IMG/VR virus record: IMGVR_UViG_3300008952_000005
Location: 64,001 to 128,000 of that record
DNA from: a virus
DNA length: 64,000 nt
Reading direction: 5' to 3' (one strand)
How positions within the stretch are numbered: position 1 is the first letter of the stretch; every line of letters begins with the position of its first letter. The position numbers and the translations under genes are program-made. Positions 17,603-26,874 of the stretch are shown here, in pieces. The notes under the pieces are model-generated. The model ran no database searches. It was given only the letters and a program-made list of their open reading frames with translations, and was not told the origin of the DNA.

Positions 17603-18301
17603 TTAATGATTTTGCTTGATTTTATCTTTGTTTAGTTCTTCATAGTATTTATAAAAATACTGTATAGATTTTTCTAGTTTTGGCTCAAATATTTTTTTAT
17701 CTTTGACAAAAGAACGCATTGTGCCGTCTTCACCTGCCATTAGTATAACTAATTGTTCTATGCGTTTGCCAAATAGCTCTTCATACATAATTGCATAGGC
17801 AGTTGTTTGGACAAAATAGTTTTCTATCCAATCTTCTTTACGTTCCTTATTTGCTGTCTTGAAATCTATTACTGATAACTTACCATTGTACTCAGCAACA
17901 CAATCAACTTGACCTGCAATGGTCAATTTATGACTGTACATAATTTCTTCTAGTAAATGTATGTTATTAATTTGTGCTAAATATGGCAACATCAATCTAA
18001 ACATACCTAATGGCAACACATCACGAATACTTGGAGTTTCACCTCTTAAATATTGTTCAACAAGTGTATGAGTTGCTTTGCCTCTACGTGCCGCTCTACC
18101 CATTTCCCAATTGGCTGCTTCTTCACCAACTGCTTTTCTCCACTTATCTAATCCTTCTTTTTTCTGTACACCTAAAACTGTAGTGATAGATGGATAGTTC
18201 TTACCATCAATATCATAGAAACGGAAACCGTTTATACGTCTACCTTTTGTTTTTGGAAGTTTTGTCTTATCAATATTAATCCAAGTAAATTTATCTGCCA
18301 T
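17603..18301 (-). CDS. PD-(D/E)XK exonuclease (T4-like 'exonuclease A', Cas4-like)
   Basis: YPSITTVLG, RGKATH.L.E.YL, AGQVDC, IDFKT, QTTAYA.M.EE. Confidence 0.88.
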   Translation of the reverse strand: MADKFTWINIDKTKLPKTKGRRINGFRFYDIDGKNYPSITTVLGVQKKEGLDKWRKAVGEEAANWEMGRAARRGKATHTLVEQYLRGETPSIRDVLPLGMFRLMLPYLAQINNIHLLEEIMYSHKLTIAGQVDCVAEYNGKLSVIDFKTANKERKEDWIENYFVQTTAYAIMYEELFGKRIEQLVILMAGEDGTMRSFVKDKKIFEPKLEKSIQYFYKYYEELNKDKIKQNH

Positions 18302-18459
18302 TATTTGTTCCTCAATTTCTTTCTTAATACACTAATTCGGTGTTTGATTCCATCTATTGTTGTGTACATCCATCCACAATCGTGTGGTTCAATTTGAGTT
18401 CTGAACCACTTGATTGTATCTTTTAATACTTCAATCTGTTTTTTTATACTCATAATCAT
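18301..18459 (-). CDS. Small hypothetical protein (52 aa, MIMSIKKQIEVLK...HDCGW)
   Basis: Hand translation; its stop overlaps the exonuclease ATG. Confidence 0.65.
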   Translation of the reverse strand: MIMSIKKQIEVLKDTIKWFRTQIEPHDCGWMYTTIDGIKHRISVLRKKLRNK

Positions 18460-18488
18460 ATAATAACATTATATTGCCAATTTGTCAA
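18460..18488 (-). promoter_or_regulatory. Sigma70-like promoter TTGACA-17-TATTAT
   Basis: Perfect -35 with a 17-nt spacer; very close to the downstream ATG. Confidence 0.45.
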
Positions 18489-18572
18489 TGCTTATTACGT
18501 ACCCTTTTGAGCGTACATATCAATGATTTTATTACGTTCATTGACCCTATCATTATCAATAATTTTAACCTC

Positions 18573-19043
18573 TCAACTAGGGTCGTATGGCTCATATATC
18601 GTCTTACCATCACTATTTCTATATGCTCTTAATATCTGCTTTCTATTGTCTTCAGCATTCTTATATGAGCAATGGATCCAACCGCTATTCGGTTCATCCA
18701 CATTGTGGTACTCTAATATCAACTGGTCAAAATCTAAATTGTCAATGATGTATTTTGCTAGTTCAGCATTTGGTAACCCAAATATTTCAAAATCAGCGGC
18801 TTGCCCTTTGGCGTGCTGTGATTTTAAACTTGAACCTATCTTAACACATAACTCTGGTGAACGGTACCCACTTGATACTGATACTACTTTACCATAATGT
18901 GTTCTAATAGGTTGTAGTATATTCTCACACAATTCTTTTAAATTATCTTGGTGGTCTTCACTAGGATTATTACTAATGCCGTGTCTTTCAGCGGTTTGGC
19001 TTTTAACCATCTCCGATAATGAAAAGTTTTCTGTTAATCTCAT
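18573..19043 (-). CDS. Peptidase M15A (Zn D-Ala-D-Ala type), probable endolysin
   Basis: LTENFSL.E...S, SSGYRSPELC..IG....SQH.KGQAAD, FDQLILE, WIHCS. Confidence 0.88.
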   Translation of the reverse strand: MRLTENFSLSEMVKSQTAERHGISNNPSEDHQDNLKELCENILQPIRTHYGKVVSVSSGYRSPELCVKIGSSLKSQHAKGQAADFEIFGLPNAELAKYIIDNLDFDQLILEYHNVDEPNSGWIHCSYKNAEDNRKQILRAYRNSDGKTIYEPYDPS

Positions 19044-19046
19044 CTA

Positions 19047-19439
19047 TTATCCTCTTGTTAACTTTAATAGTTTCTCTATTTGACCTTTTATAATTGGACC
19101 CCTATTCGGCCAATGTATATAAGGTTCATCACTCTTTTGTAAATTATATAAAAACGGTAACACAATCTTTTCAATGTCTTTAAACCTTGCTTTAGTTTCT
19201 TCATCACTAATCTCTTTTGTTATCGTTTCTTTATCGTTCACTATTTGCATAATTTCGTTCATCATACTTTTAATAGTAGAAACATCTGACTTAACTTTAG
19301 ATAGTTCTATGTTTGTACCTTCTACTACTTTAGGATCAATGCTTGGTGTGTCTGATGGTTTAGATGATACTGGAGTAAAACCCCAATCGTTATCTAAATC
19401 AAATCCACGCATAAAATCAGGTATATCTTTGTCTGCCAT
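19047..19439 (-). CDS. Conserved T4-like hypothetical protein
   Basis: DWGFT, LPFLYNL.K....YIHWPNR motifs. Confidence 0.7.
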   Translation of the reverse strand: MADKDIPDFMRGFDLDNDWGFTPVSSKPSDTPSIDPKVVEGTNIELSKVKSDVSTIKSMMNEIMQIVNDKETITKEISDEETKARFKDIEKIVLPFLYNLQKSDEPYIHWPNRGPIIKGQIEKLLKLTRG

Positions 19440-19762
19440 TAATCTGGTACTCCGTGTTCTTTTTTGTTTATTAGTCTATGTTTAGCTCTTATTTGTTCTG
19501 TTTTAATTTCTTTTATGCCTCTACGTCTATGGTGTTTTGCAAAATTACTATTTGGGTGTGCTTCTGCAATCTTGCTATAAACATCTTTGAATCCTTGGTC
19601 GGTCTTATGAGTTATCCCTTGAACACCAGATACTATATTTAGGGGAAATAAGACTTGTCTAACGTGTGGGTTCTTCTCTAACAGTTCTTCCATTTCTGCA
19701 ATCATCATAAAGTCTACCCATTGTTTACCTGTCTTCGTATTTTCAAACGTATATCTAGGCAT
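19439..19762 (-). CDS. FmdB-like small regulatory protein
   Basis: Likely start MPRYTFENTKTG; ..GF.DV..KI...HP pattern. Confidence 0.55.
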   Translation of the reverse strand: MPRYTFENTKTGKQWVDFMMIAEMEELLEKNPHVRQVLFPLNIVSGVQGITHKTDQGFKDVYSKIAEAHPNSNFAKHHRRRGIKEIKTEQIRAKHRLINKKEHGVPD

Positions 19763-19881
19763 TGAGATATCTCTTCTTGTACCATTTATAAAAAGGTTTG
19801 TCAGAAAAGTACTCAAATACTGCCGAGGCAGGTACTTGGTCACTTCTGATACAATCAGCGATATCTTGATATTCAGTTTTC

Positions 19882-20076
19882 TTAATTTTTAATTTCATAT
19901 TTCTTTTTTAGTTTGTTATAGTCTGACTCACTACTTATTCCGAATTCATCATCTGCTGCCCCAAAATTATAATACTTCTTTATCATAGGAGCAATCGTAC
20001 CTTTTTGACGACCTCCTTTATTTCTATGTATACGTCTAGGAGTTCTATTACTAGACATATTTTTTTTAGATGTCAT
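19882..20076 (-). CDS. Small basic hypothetical protein
   Basis: 64 aa ORF overlapping its neighbour. Confidence 0.5.
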   Translation of the reverse strand: MTSKKNMSSNRTPRRIHRNKGGRQKGTIAPMIKKYYNFGAADDEFGISSESDYNKLKKKYEIKN

Positions 20077-20260
20077 TTAGAGTTTCAATAATCTCTTTAT
20101 TATCTGCTATGACTTTTAATTCTTTAACAACTGTATCAACTGAATCCATATGCGTTGCAACACCAACTGGATTATTTAAAAATATATCCACGTTTGTCTT
20201 TGCTTTTGCAATATTACCTTCAGCGTGTTGTCTAATTGCGTCTACTATTTTTTGTTTCAT
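20066..20260 (-). CDS. Small conserved hypothetical protein
   Basis: HAEGNIAKAK.NVD..L.NP.G pattern. Confidence 0.65.
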   Translation of the reverse strand: MKQKIVDAIRQHAEGNIAKAKTNVDIFLNNPVGVATHMDSVDTVVKELKVIADNKEIIETLNDI

Positions 20261-20460
20261 TAATGATATGTCACCTTTTCTGTTTTATATTTACTTCTTA
20301 ACTTCTTCCACACTCCGTGCCAAAAGTTCTTTGACCAGTCTGTTACTGACCTGTCTAATGCTTTTTCTGCTTGTTTAATCATCCTATCAGCACATCTAGG
20401 GCAAGCGTATAAATGTGTATTCATAAGTACCATAATATCACTTTTTTTCATTATTGTCAA
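20260..20460 (-). CDS. Small hypothetical protein with CxxC
   Basis: CPRC...W.K.FW..VW; translationally coupled. Confidence 0.6.
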   Translation of the reverse strand: MTIMKKSDIMVLMNTHLYACPRCADRMIKQAEKALDRSVTDWSKNFWHGVWKKLRSKYKTEKVTYH

Positions 20461-20746
20461 TGCTTGTATTAGTTGGTGGATGTATTTTTACATCTTTACA
20501 AATATACTCTATACCTTCTTTTAATGCTCTACTAACTTTACACTCATAACCAGTTATACGTGATAACACAAAATCGTTAGTTGTTGGTAAATCAGCTAAA
20601 CTTAATGTAAAATCTGCACCTGTCTTTATTACAGACATAACTTTATATTCAGAATATGTACCAGCACTTGTTGCTAAAAACGCTGGTGCTGTTGCTCCAC
20701 ACGCATTTAAAAGTAATAGTGATAATAGTATTGCTATCTTTTTCAT
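20438..20746 (-). CDS. Hypothetical lipoprotein
   Basis: Lipobox LNAC after a hydrophobic stretch. Confidence 0.7.
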   Translation of the reverse strand: MKKIAILLSLLLLNACGATAPAFLATSAGTYSEYKVMSVIKTGADFTLSLADLPTTNDFVLSRITGYECKVSRALKEGIEYICKDVKIHPPTNTSIDNNEKK

Positions 20747-21801
20747 TTCTTAACTCCCGATTCTAAATAAGGTTTTTCCTTTGGTTCATTCCATTCCATT
20801 ATCTGGTCTAGTTTGATTCTTATCTCATCTGGATCTAAACCTAATTTCATTAACTCTTCTGTACCCATACTCTTAAAAAAATCTTCATAATCTCTATTCT
20901 TTAAATCTCTCTTACCTAATTTACTAAAAAATGTTTTATAAAATCTTTGCTTATCTCGGAGACCTTGCGATATAGTTTTCGCTCTAGTCGCCTCCCTTTG
21001 CCAATTAATCTCTTTTTCTTTCTTCTTATTCTTCGCTTCATTTGCTAATTTTCTTTCCCTTATTGATATGTTAGCAGCAATCAATAACAATACTGCTAAT
21101 GGGTCAAATACAAATATTAATACAATAATAATCCATCTAACTGCCTCGTCAAAATGGTCTTTTGCGTCATCACCATATATCAGTTCTGCAACATATTTAA
21201 GTGGACCAACATCTGCTTCTATCTTTAGTTGGTCTAGTTCTATATTACCTTTCTTTAATGTCAATTGTGCAATCTTATCCATTGCAACTCTTATTTCATT
21301 ATTTAAAAAATCTCTTTCTTCTTTCTGCTTTTTTCTTTCTTTAAGACCTCTACTAACATATTCTTTATCTAGGTAAACCTCTAATGCTTTGTCTAATAGG
21401 TTTAAAGTTTTTTCTGCTCTATCTATAACAACGTTTTCTTGTAAAATCTGCCTATCTATTAATGCTATGTGTACTGTATTATCACTACTAGGTCTTACTT
21501 GGTCTAGGTGTGCCTTGGATAAGAACCCAAAAATACCCATACTAGTTACAAATACTAATACAATAACAGACGTTGTTAAATATGCTCTTATTGTATGTGG
21601 GAGATTTACATTTCTCCAATTATGATATAACCAACTGGCGGCAACTAACTTACCAACTTCTAATGAAGTACCCATAGCAATAATTGCTATCTTCGCACCT
21701 GCAAATAGAGTTGCCAGTCCTATAATACTATAAGCGGCAGCAATACCTGATATAGATATAGCACTAAAAAGTACTATGAATATAAAAAGTAAACTTCTCA
21801 T
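20743..21801 (-). CDS. Multi-TM coiled-coil membrane protein (conserved in phages)
   Basis: AAYSI.GL..LF, LEVGKLV.ASWL, TSMGIFGFLSK, VGPLKYVA, FDPLAVLLLIA. Confidence 0.7.
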   Translation of the reverse strand: MRSLLFIFIVLFSAISISGIAAAYSIIGLATLFAGAKIAIIAMGTSLEVGKLVAASWLYHNWRNVNLPHTIRAYLTTSVIVLVFVTSMGIFGFLSKAHLDQVRPSSDNTVHIALIDRQILQENVVIDRAEKTLNLLDKALEVYLDKEYVSRGLKERKKQKEERDFLNNEIRVAMDKIAQLTLKKGNIELDQLKIEADVGPLKYVAELIYGDDAKDHFDEAVRWIIIVLIFVFDPLAVLLLIAANISIRERKLANEAKNKKKEKEINWQREATRAKTISQGLRDKQRFYKTFFSKLGKRDLKNRDYEDFFKSMGTEELMKLGLDPDEIRIKLDQIMEWNEPKEKPYLESGVKK

Positions 21802-21806
21802 TTAAA

Positions 21807-22487
21807 CTACTCCTTTAACACTTGAGCAATTTTTGTCATCATATTGATAACTCTTTTATCATAATTTTCAGTAGTTGAAAACTTATCTAACGTAGCAATC
21901 AACTGTACTGAATCTAACAGTTCACCTTTTTCTAATAGTTTTGCTCTTAATGCTCTAAACTCTTTGTATGCTGGGTGTTCATTTAATATTCTTATATATT
22001 CTTGAACACTATTACACTTCGTTTTAAAAACTCTTACTCGCCAAGGTGTGTCTTCACTCATACCAATAGGTAATAAACCTTTATCTTTATTCCAAGTCTT
22101 AATTCCAAATAAGTTATTTGCTTCTATACCAAATCTACTTGTACCCCAACCACTCTCTAAAGCGGCTTGTGCTGTCACCATTTGAATTGGTACTCTTTTA
22201 TCTGGTGGAGTTTTCCAATTTAAATAATCAACACACTTGTTTACTTCTATTATAAATTCTTTTTTATTTGTATATTCAAAACTAGGTTCGTGTAGTCCTA
22301 AATTTTCTGCCCAAATGGCGTGTTGTATTCTAGTTTCTTCCGTTGCTTTCTTAACTGCAATTGGATTTGGTGTAAATGTTCCCCAACCATATGCTAATGA
22401 AGATACAAAAACAACTACTAAAATTGCTTTAATCCACCAATATGTTTTTCTGAAAGCACCTGAATATTTTTTTAAGTTCAGTTTCAT
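21807..22487 (-). CDS. Glucosaminidase (GH73/Bax-like) peptidoglycan hydrolase with N-terminal TM
   Basis: AQAALESGWGTSRF..EANNLFGI, SV..Y...LN.HPAY. Confidence 0.85.
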   Translation of the reverse strand: MKLNLKKYSGAFRKTYWWIKAILVVVFVSSLAYGWGTFTPNPIAVKKATEETRIQHAIWAENLGLHEPSFEYTNKKEFIIEVNKCVDYLNWKTPPDKRVPIQMVTAQAALESGWGTSRFGIEANNLFGIKTWNKDKGLLPIGMSEDTPWRVRVFKTKCNSVQEYIRILNEHPAYKEFRALRAKLLEKGELLDSVQLIATLDKFSTTENYDKRVINMMTKIAQVLKE

Positions 22488-22768
22488 TAAAACCTCGCTA
22501 TCTGGTATTCATAACCACCAATTGATGGTGCATTTTTCTTTTGGACAAAACTTATCTTGTTCTGAAATTGTGCCATACGTTTAAATATCTTTTCTGCTTG
22601 TAGTTCAGTAAAGTTATCATATATGTCTTTTGACCAATCTCCAGTATAATAAGTCATAGAGAATTCACCGTTTTCATCATCTATAAACTGTTGTATTTTA
22701 TCTGGAACTTTTAATATTATTCTCTTTAAATAATAGTCTAGTTCCTTTGTCTTTCTCACTTCTGCCAT
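22487..22768 (-). CDS. Hypothetical protein
   Basis: 93 aa ORF, SD AAGGA, coupled to the next gene. Confidence 0.6.
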   Translation of the reverse strand: MAEVRKTKELDYYLKRIILKVPDKIQQFIDDENGEFSMTYYTGDWSKDIYDNFTELQAEKIFKRMAQFQNKISFVQKKNAPSIGGYEYQIARF

Positions 22769-22786
22769 AATATATCCTTTTTTTAT

Positions 22787-23209
22787 TTATATATCTAATC
22801 CGACTGCTTTTAGTTTTGGTCTAAAACTAAAAAATGTATCGTTGTGATTTCCTGTATCACCTAAATTTACCATTTGATACAGATGGATCATTTCGTGTGC
22901 CAACGTATCAACAAATTCTTTTTTATTACTATAAAACTTTAACATTTCTAATACAAAGTTTCTAGTTCCTTTACCTATCTTATCATTTATTACAACTTGT
23001 CCTATGTAATTTCTTGGTCTATGTACCAACTCAATATCATTAAAGGGAGATAACTTATTATCAAACACGTGTTCATTAATAAGTTTAAAATACTTTTTGA
23101 TATCCTTATATGTAGTTTTATATTTTAACATCTTCACAGCAGAAAGTTCCTTCTTTAACTTTCTTTTGATTTTCTGCCTTTTTGTAACTGTTTTTGTTCT
23201 TTTAGCCAT
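22787..23209 (-). CDS. SprT-like zinc metalloprotease domain protein
   Basis: TLAHEMIH...H zincin motif, N..VF. Confidence 0.7.
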   Translation of the reverse strand: MAKRTKTVTKRQKIKRKLKKELSAVKMLKYKTTYKDIKKYFKLINEHVFDNKLSPFNDIELVHRPRNYIGQVVINDKIGKGTRNFVLEMLKFYSNKKEFVDTLAHEMIHLYQMVNLGDTGNHNDTFFSFRPKLKAVGLDI

Positions 23210-23352
23210 TCTCTTTTTCTTTTTCTATCCCCTAATTCTAAAATAACAAATAAAATCATACTCCCAAGAATTACTATTACTAATTCTCTAGGAATATATT
23301 GATATATCCAATGTAAAACGTTAACTATATTTTCAATTACACTCATAGTCAC
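23155..23352 (-). CDS. Small membrane protein
   Basis: One TM segment and a basic tail. Confidence 0.5.
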   Translation of the reverse strand: MTMSVIENIVNVLHWIYQYIPRELVIVILGSMILFVILELGDRKRKREWLKEQKQLQKGRKSKES

Positions 23353-23662
23353 TATTCTTTAGAAGAGCACATTTAAACTCCTCATCATTTTTTTGTCTGA
23401 TTTCACTAGCAAGACTATCTAGTATATTTGGTAGGTGTTCTTGTATAACGCCACTAAACTCATTTATCATAGCGTATACTATCCTATGTAGTTCTGCCTC
23501 CATTAAAGCAGTAGTATCTACACCGTTGCCGTCAAGGTTTTCCTTGATAACGTGTGCTATAACTGCTTTATTATAATCATTTGCATTAGCAATATTGGAT
23601 AAACTAGTAAGTCCAAACCATATTACTAAATTCAATAGTATAATAAACATCACTTTTTTCAT
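23333..23662 (-). CDS. Hypothetical exported protein
   Basis: Signal peptide; first gene after a consensus promoter. Confidence 0.65.
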   Translation of the reverse strand: MKKVMFIILLNLVIWFGLTSLSNIANANDYNKAVIAHVIKENLDGNGVDTTALMEAELHRIVYAMINEFSGVIQEHLPNILDSLASEIRQKNDEEFKCALLKNSDYECN

Positions 23663-23703
23663 AATATATTCTCTCTTTCTATATTTATTGTTTATATGTA
23701 TCT

Positions 23704-23732
23704 ATTATACACAAAAACATATGGAAAGTCAA
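23704..23732 (-). promoter_or_regulatory. Early sigma70-like promoter TTGACT-17-TATAAT
   Basis: Near-perfect consensus in an intergenic gap. Confidence 0.85.
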
Positions 23733-23774
23733 GCACTTAAAATCAAGTAAAACCAAGTCTTTTTGACTATTGTT

Positions 23775-24311
23775 CTATTTTTGTTCTTCTTTTTGGTACA
23801 ATTCGTTCCATCTAAACGCTTCTTTTACTACAGAGTCGCTTAACCCTTTATATGCTCTATGTAATTCTTTATTCTTTACACTAAGCAATAATCTCGCTTC
23901 GTCCATATGTAATCCTTCTAACATTTGGATAAACAAAGTTTCTTTTTGAGTTCTTGTAGTTTTATTGTCTGCACCTCTAATAAAATGCCACAAACGTTTT
24001 GCTTCAGTTTTAAGTGTAGTATGTTCAGTACCTTTCGGTGCTGGATTTTCCATATAAGGAGGTGTACCGTCTGGTAACTCCCACTCAATACTAGGATCAA
24101 ATGATCCTTTTAAAAGCATCCTTAAAGATGGATGGTCATATTGTTTTAAGACCGCCAACTTTTTAGCTTTATCTTTTGCGTTATTTACTCTAGTTAAGAC
24201 TTCTGAAAATAGCAAGTCATCTGAACCAGCCGTAGCTGCCATTGCTTGCATTGAAGACTTACTTATTAATGATGGATGTTGTTTTGCTTCTTCTGCCATT
24301 TTATACTCCAA
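23775..24311 (-). CDS. Conserved T4-like hypothetical protein
   Basis: K...L......LR..L...FDP...W.LP.G.PPY..N, RE.LFIQMLEGLH pattern. Confidence 0.7.
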   Translation of the reverse strand: MEYKMAEEAKQHPSLISKSSMQAMAATAGSDDLLFSEVLTRVNNAKDKAKKLAVLKQYDHPSLRMLLKGSFDPSIEWELPDGTPPYMENPAPKGTEHTTLKTEAKRLWHFIRGADNKTTRTQKETLFIQMLEGLHMDEARLLLSVKNKELHRAYKGLSDSVVKEAFRWNELYQKEEQK

Positions 24312-24332
24312 TTTCTAATATTAATCATATAT

Positions 24333-25217
24333 CTATTTATATAACTTATCTACTTGTTCCGCTGTCAATCTTCTCCCTATACTCCAAAATAGCGTCTTTT
24401 CTTTTGTAGTATCTATATTCTCTCTCATCCATTTATGTGCTTTACCTTCATATATATCGTCAATAAAGCCATTACCAACATCTTCCCATATGGGTTTTGA
24501 ATATGGATATGGTGTTTTGTACATTTCATAATCTTGAAACTTCTTAAAACCTGATTCAAGATTACTAAATTGATTTAAATACTCATTAATCTTTTTACTA
24601 CGGTCAACAAAGGTGACCCCTATAATTCTTTTTACCTTTTTCTTAAACTTCTCTATACCTTTTACTATACCTGCAAACTGTATACCACTACCAACTGAAA
24701 TTACTATATTATCTAACTTGTCAGGTATGTTTTTAACTTGATTAGCAACACTATCAAATATTGATTCAGGATTCGTAGCAGCACTATTACCAAACTTGAT
24801 TAACATATAACCTTTTTTAGATATTACTTTCTTTTTTAATCCACTATCTATTGCAACTGTATATCCGTGACCTGCAACGTTTTCAATATCAGCACCATAA
24901 TGTCTTGATAATCTTATCATATGGTGGGTGTCTATTGTTTTAGGTGTTGTACCACCTACACCTATGACGCATTTAAAACCAAAGTCTTTAGCAACTGCCG
25001 CTATGATAGGTGCTTGTGGACTATTAACAGATGAACCTGTAACTACTCCACCATTATATTTGTTTTTAATTTCATCTTTTAATTCTCTAAACAAACAAAT
25101 TGCCTGTCTTGTTTTTCCTCCATTAACATTATCTCTACCATAGGGAGCATAATAATCATCCCTTTTGTAATAAATGTTATTGTGAATTTCTACTGGAGTT
25201 AAATCAGTTGTTTTCAT
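24333..25217 (-). CDS. PLP-dependent enzyme, ACC deaminase/D-cysteine desulfhydrase-like (fold type II)
   Basis: Y.KRDD....GGK.RQ, I..VGSG...AG, D..YEGKA, LFW..G. Confidence 0.75.
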   Translation of the reverse strand: MKTTDLTPVEIHNNIYYKRDDYYAPYGRDNVNGGKTRQAICLFRELKDEIKNKYNGGVVTGSSVNSPQAPIIAAVAKDFGFKCVIGVGGTTPKTIDTHHMIRLSRHYGADIENVAGHGYTVAIDSGLKKKVISKKGYMLIKFGNSAATNPESIFDSVANQVKNIPDKLDNIVISVGSGIQFAGIVKGIEKFKKKVKRIIGVTFVDRSKKINEYLNQFSNLESGFKKFQDYEMYKTPYPYSKPIWEDVGNGFIDDIYEGKAHKWMRENIDTTKEKTLFWSIGRRLTAEQVDKLYK

Positions 25218-25513
25218 AGAGTTAATTTTAATGGTATCATACAGTTCTCACACTCTTCTGCTAAATGATAGTTTAATATACCCATTAAAAAAACTGCTAT
25301 TGCAACTGCATTTAAAAATATCAATGCTCTATCGTGCCACAACATACCAACAACAAACCAACCTGATACACCAACTAAATGTATGTACATATTTAAAGGA
25401 TAAACATCCATTGATGTTAATGCCATTGCCGATAGTATTATAAAGGAGCTAATCCATTTTATATACCAAGATAAATCGTGTAGAGGTGTTATTTTATTAA
25501 TTTCAAATTTCAT
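25214..25513 (-). CDS. Small three-TM membrane protein
   Basis: WYIKW.SS, YPLN......G..GW..VG.LW.DRALI..N. Confidence 0.7.
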   Translation of the reverse strand: MKFEINKITPLHDLSWYIKWISSFIILSAMALTSMDVYPLNMYIHLVGVSGWFVVGMLWHDRALIFLNAVAIAVFLMGILNYHLAEECENCMIPLKLTL

Positions 25514-25528
25514 AATTCCTTTTATTAA

Positions 25529-25567
25529 GACACAGGCGAATTTTATACATATATGGTCGCCTGTGTC
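25529..25567 (-). terminator. Probable terminator hairpin
   Basis: 11-bp inverted repeat GACACAGGCGA/TCGCCTGTGTC. Confidence 0.6.
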
Positions 25568-25597
25568 AATCGTATTGGTTACGATTCAATTACGCAA

Positions 25598-25894
25598 TTA
25601 ATTATATGCGTATTCAGTACCGTACAGTTTAGTTATCCCAGCAGCTATAATAGCTTTTGTAGGAGTACCCAATCTATAAGATGTACCTGAAGATGATTTA
25701 TTAATATAAATCATATGACCTTTTGAACGTAGTTTATCAACCATCGCTCTTGGTGATTGTAGGTCAAATCTGTTTCTTAAAACTTTCCAAGAAACTGGCT
25801 CACCTTTCTCAAATAAGTTTACAACTTTTTGAGTTTTAGACAGTCTTTTTCTGCCTTTAGTTGCTGTTGCAACTTTACTTTTTGAAAAAAACAT
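25598..25894 (-). CDS. Winged-HTH DNA-binding protein
   Basis: SKTQKV.NL...G, P.A.V..LR..GH.IY.N, YRLG.P. Confidence 0.7.
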   Translation of the reverse strand: MFFSKSKVATATKGRKRLSKTQKVVNLFEKGEPVSWKVLRNRFDLQSPRAMVDKLRSKGHMIYINKSSSGTSYRLGTPTKAIIAAGITKLYGTEYAYN

Positions 25895-25939
25895 AATGTT
25901 TCTTCCTCCTTTGTTTTGCTTTTTAAAGTCTGCATAGGA

Positions 25940-26098
25940 CTATTCCTCAACGGAATTCTTTAATTTCTCACACTTACTACTATCACCTAAACAATCAAAA
26001 AATTTACCCATTGCGTCTAGTTTAGGTGTATCTTTTAACCCTTTAGCACAACCCATAAAAGTAAGCATTATTAATATCATTAAACTATTTCTTATCAT
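25940..26098 (-). CDS. Small lipoprotein (52 aa, MIRNSLMILIMLTFMGC...)
   Basis: Hand translation; lipobox FMGC plus an internal Cys pair. Confidence 0.55.
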   Translation of the reverse strand: MIRNSLMILIMLTFMGCAKGLKDTPKLDAMGKFFDCLGDSSKCEKLKNSVEE

Positions 26099-26600
26099 CA
26101 TCACCGTTCAAATCCATATCAGACTCAAACATATCTGATCCATCTTGTAAATCATTTAACTCTTCTTTAAATTCTTTATTAAAAATATTTCTTTGTTTAT
26201 TTGGTTTTGCTTTCATAAAATCTGAATAATCTATCCTGGCAGCGGATGCTCTACCCATTTTATTAAATTTTATCATTACCATTTTATTTGACATTAATTG
26301 AGCAGCGTGTGCCATATCAAAATCTCTATAAATTAAACCTCTTATACAATCAATAACTAACGCAAGGTCTTTAGTAAATGTTTGTTTTGAAGTCTTTAAT
26401 CCCATATCATTAAATTTTCTTAATAAATCAAATCCAATTTCATCTACACTATGTTCAATAAAATCTCTAGTTTGTTGCTCTTTTAATCGTTTTGTAAATG
26501 GGGATTCTTGTGGTTTTGTAATTCTTTTTTTAATTCTGTTTTCAGGAAATAAAATTAATTTGCCTTTTTTATCTTTATCTTTAGTCACGGATAATCTCAC
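26085..26600 (-). CDS. Hypothetical protein
   Basis: 171 aa ORF; KDLALV.D..RGLIYR, acidic tail. Confidence 0.65.
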   Translation of the reverse strand: MRLSVTKDKDKKGKLILFPENRIKKRITKPQESPFTKRLKEQQTRDFIEHSVDEIGFDLLRKFNDMGLKTSKQTFTKDLALVIDCIRGLIYRDFDMAHAAQLMSNKMVMIKFNKMGRASAARIDYSDFMKAKPNKQRNIFNKEFKEELNDLQDGSDMFESDMDLNGDDDKK

Positions 26601-26874
26601 CTTTAAAATTCACTACACCTTTATTATTAAAATATTCTATAAGTTGATTATATCCACCGACTAGTTCTCCATCAATCTTGATTTGAGGCATTGCTCTTAC
26701 CTTCTTACCAATGTCCTTAATCATTTCGTCAACTGACTTAAATTCTTCTAATTTCTTTTCTGTAAAGATTAGACCAAGTCCCTTTAGAAGGGACTTTGCC
26801 TTCACACAGTATACACAATTTTGTTTTGAATATACTGTGATATCTTTAATTGCTAACTTCTTTATCATTGTCAT
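26581..26874 (-). CDS. Glutaredoxin (NrdC-like)
   Basis: YSKQNCVYCVKAK, MPQI.IDG..VGGY. Confidence 0.92.
   Translation of the reverse strand: MTMIKKLAIKDITVYSKQNCVYCVKAKSLLKGLGLIFTEKKLEEFKSVDEMIKDIGKKVRAMPQIKIDGELVGGYNQLIEYFNNKGVVNFKGEIIRD

Noticed and set aside
17603-18301. Cas4-like nuclease suggesting CRISPR
   Set aside because: No repeat-spacer array or other cas genes are visible; this exonuclease is common in T4-like phages
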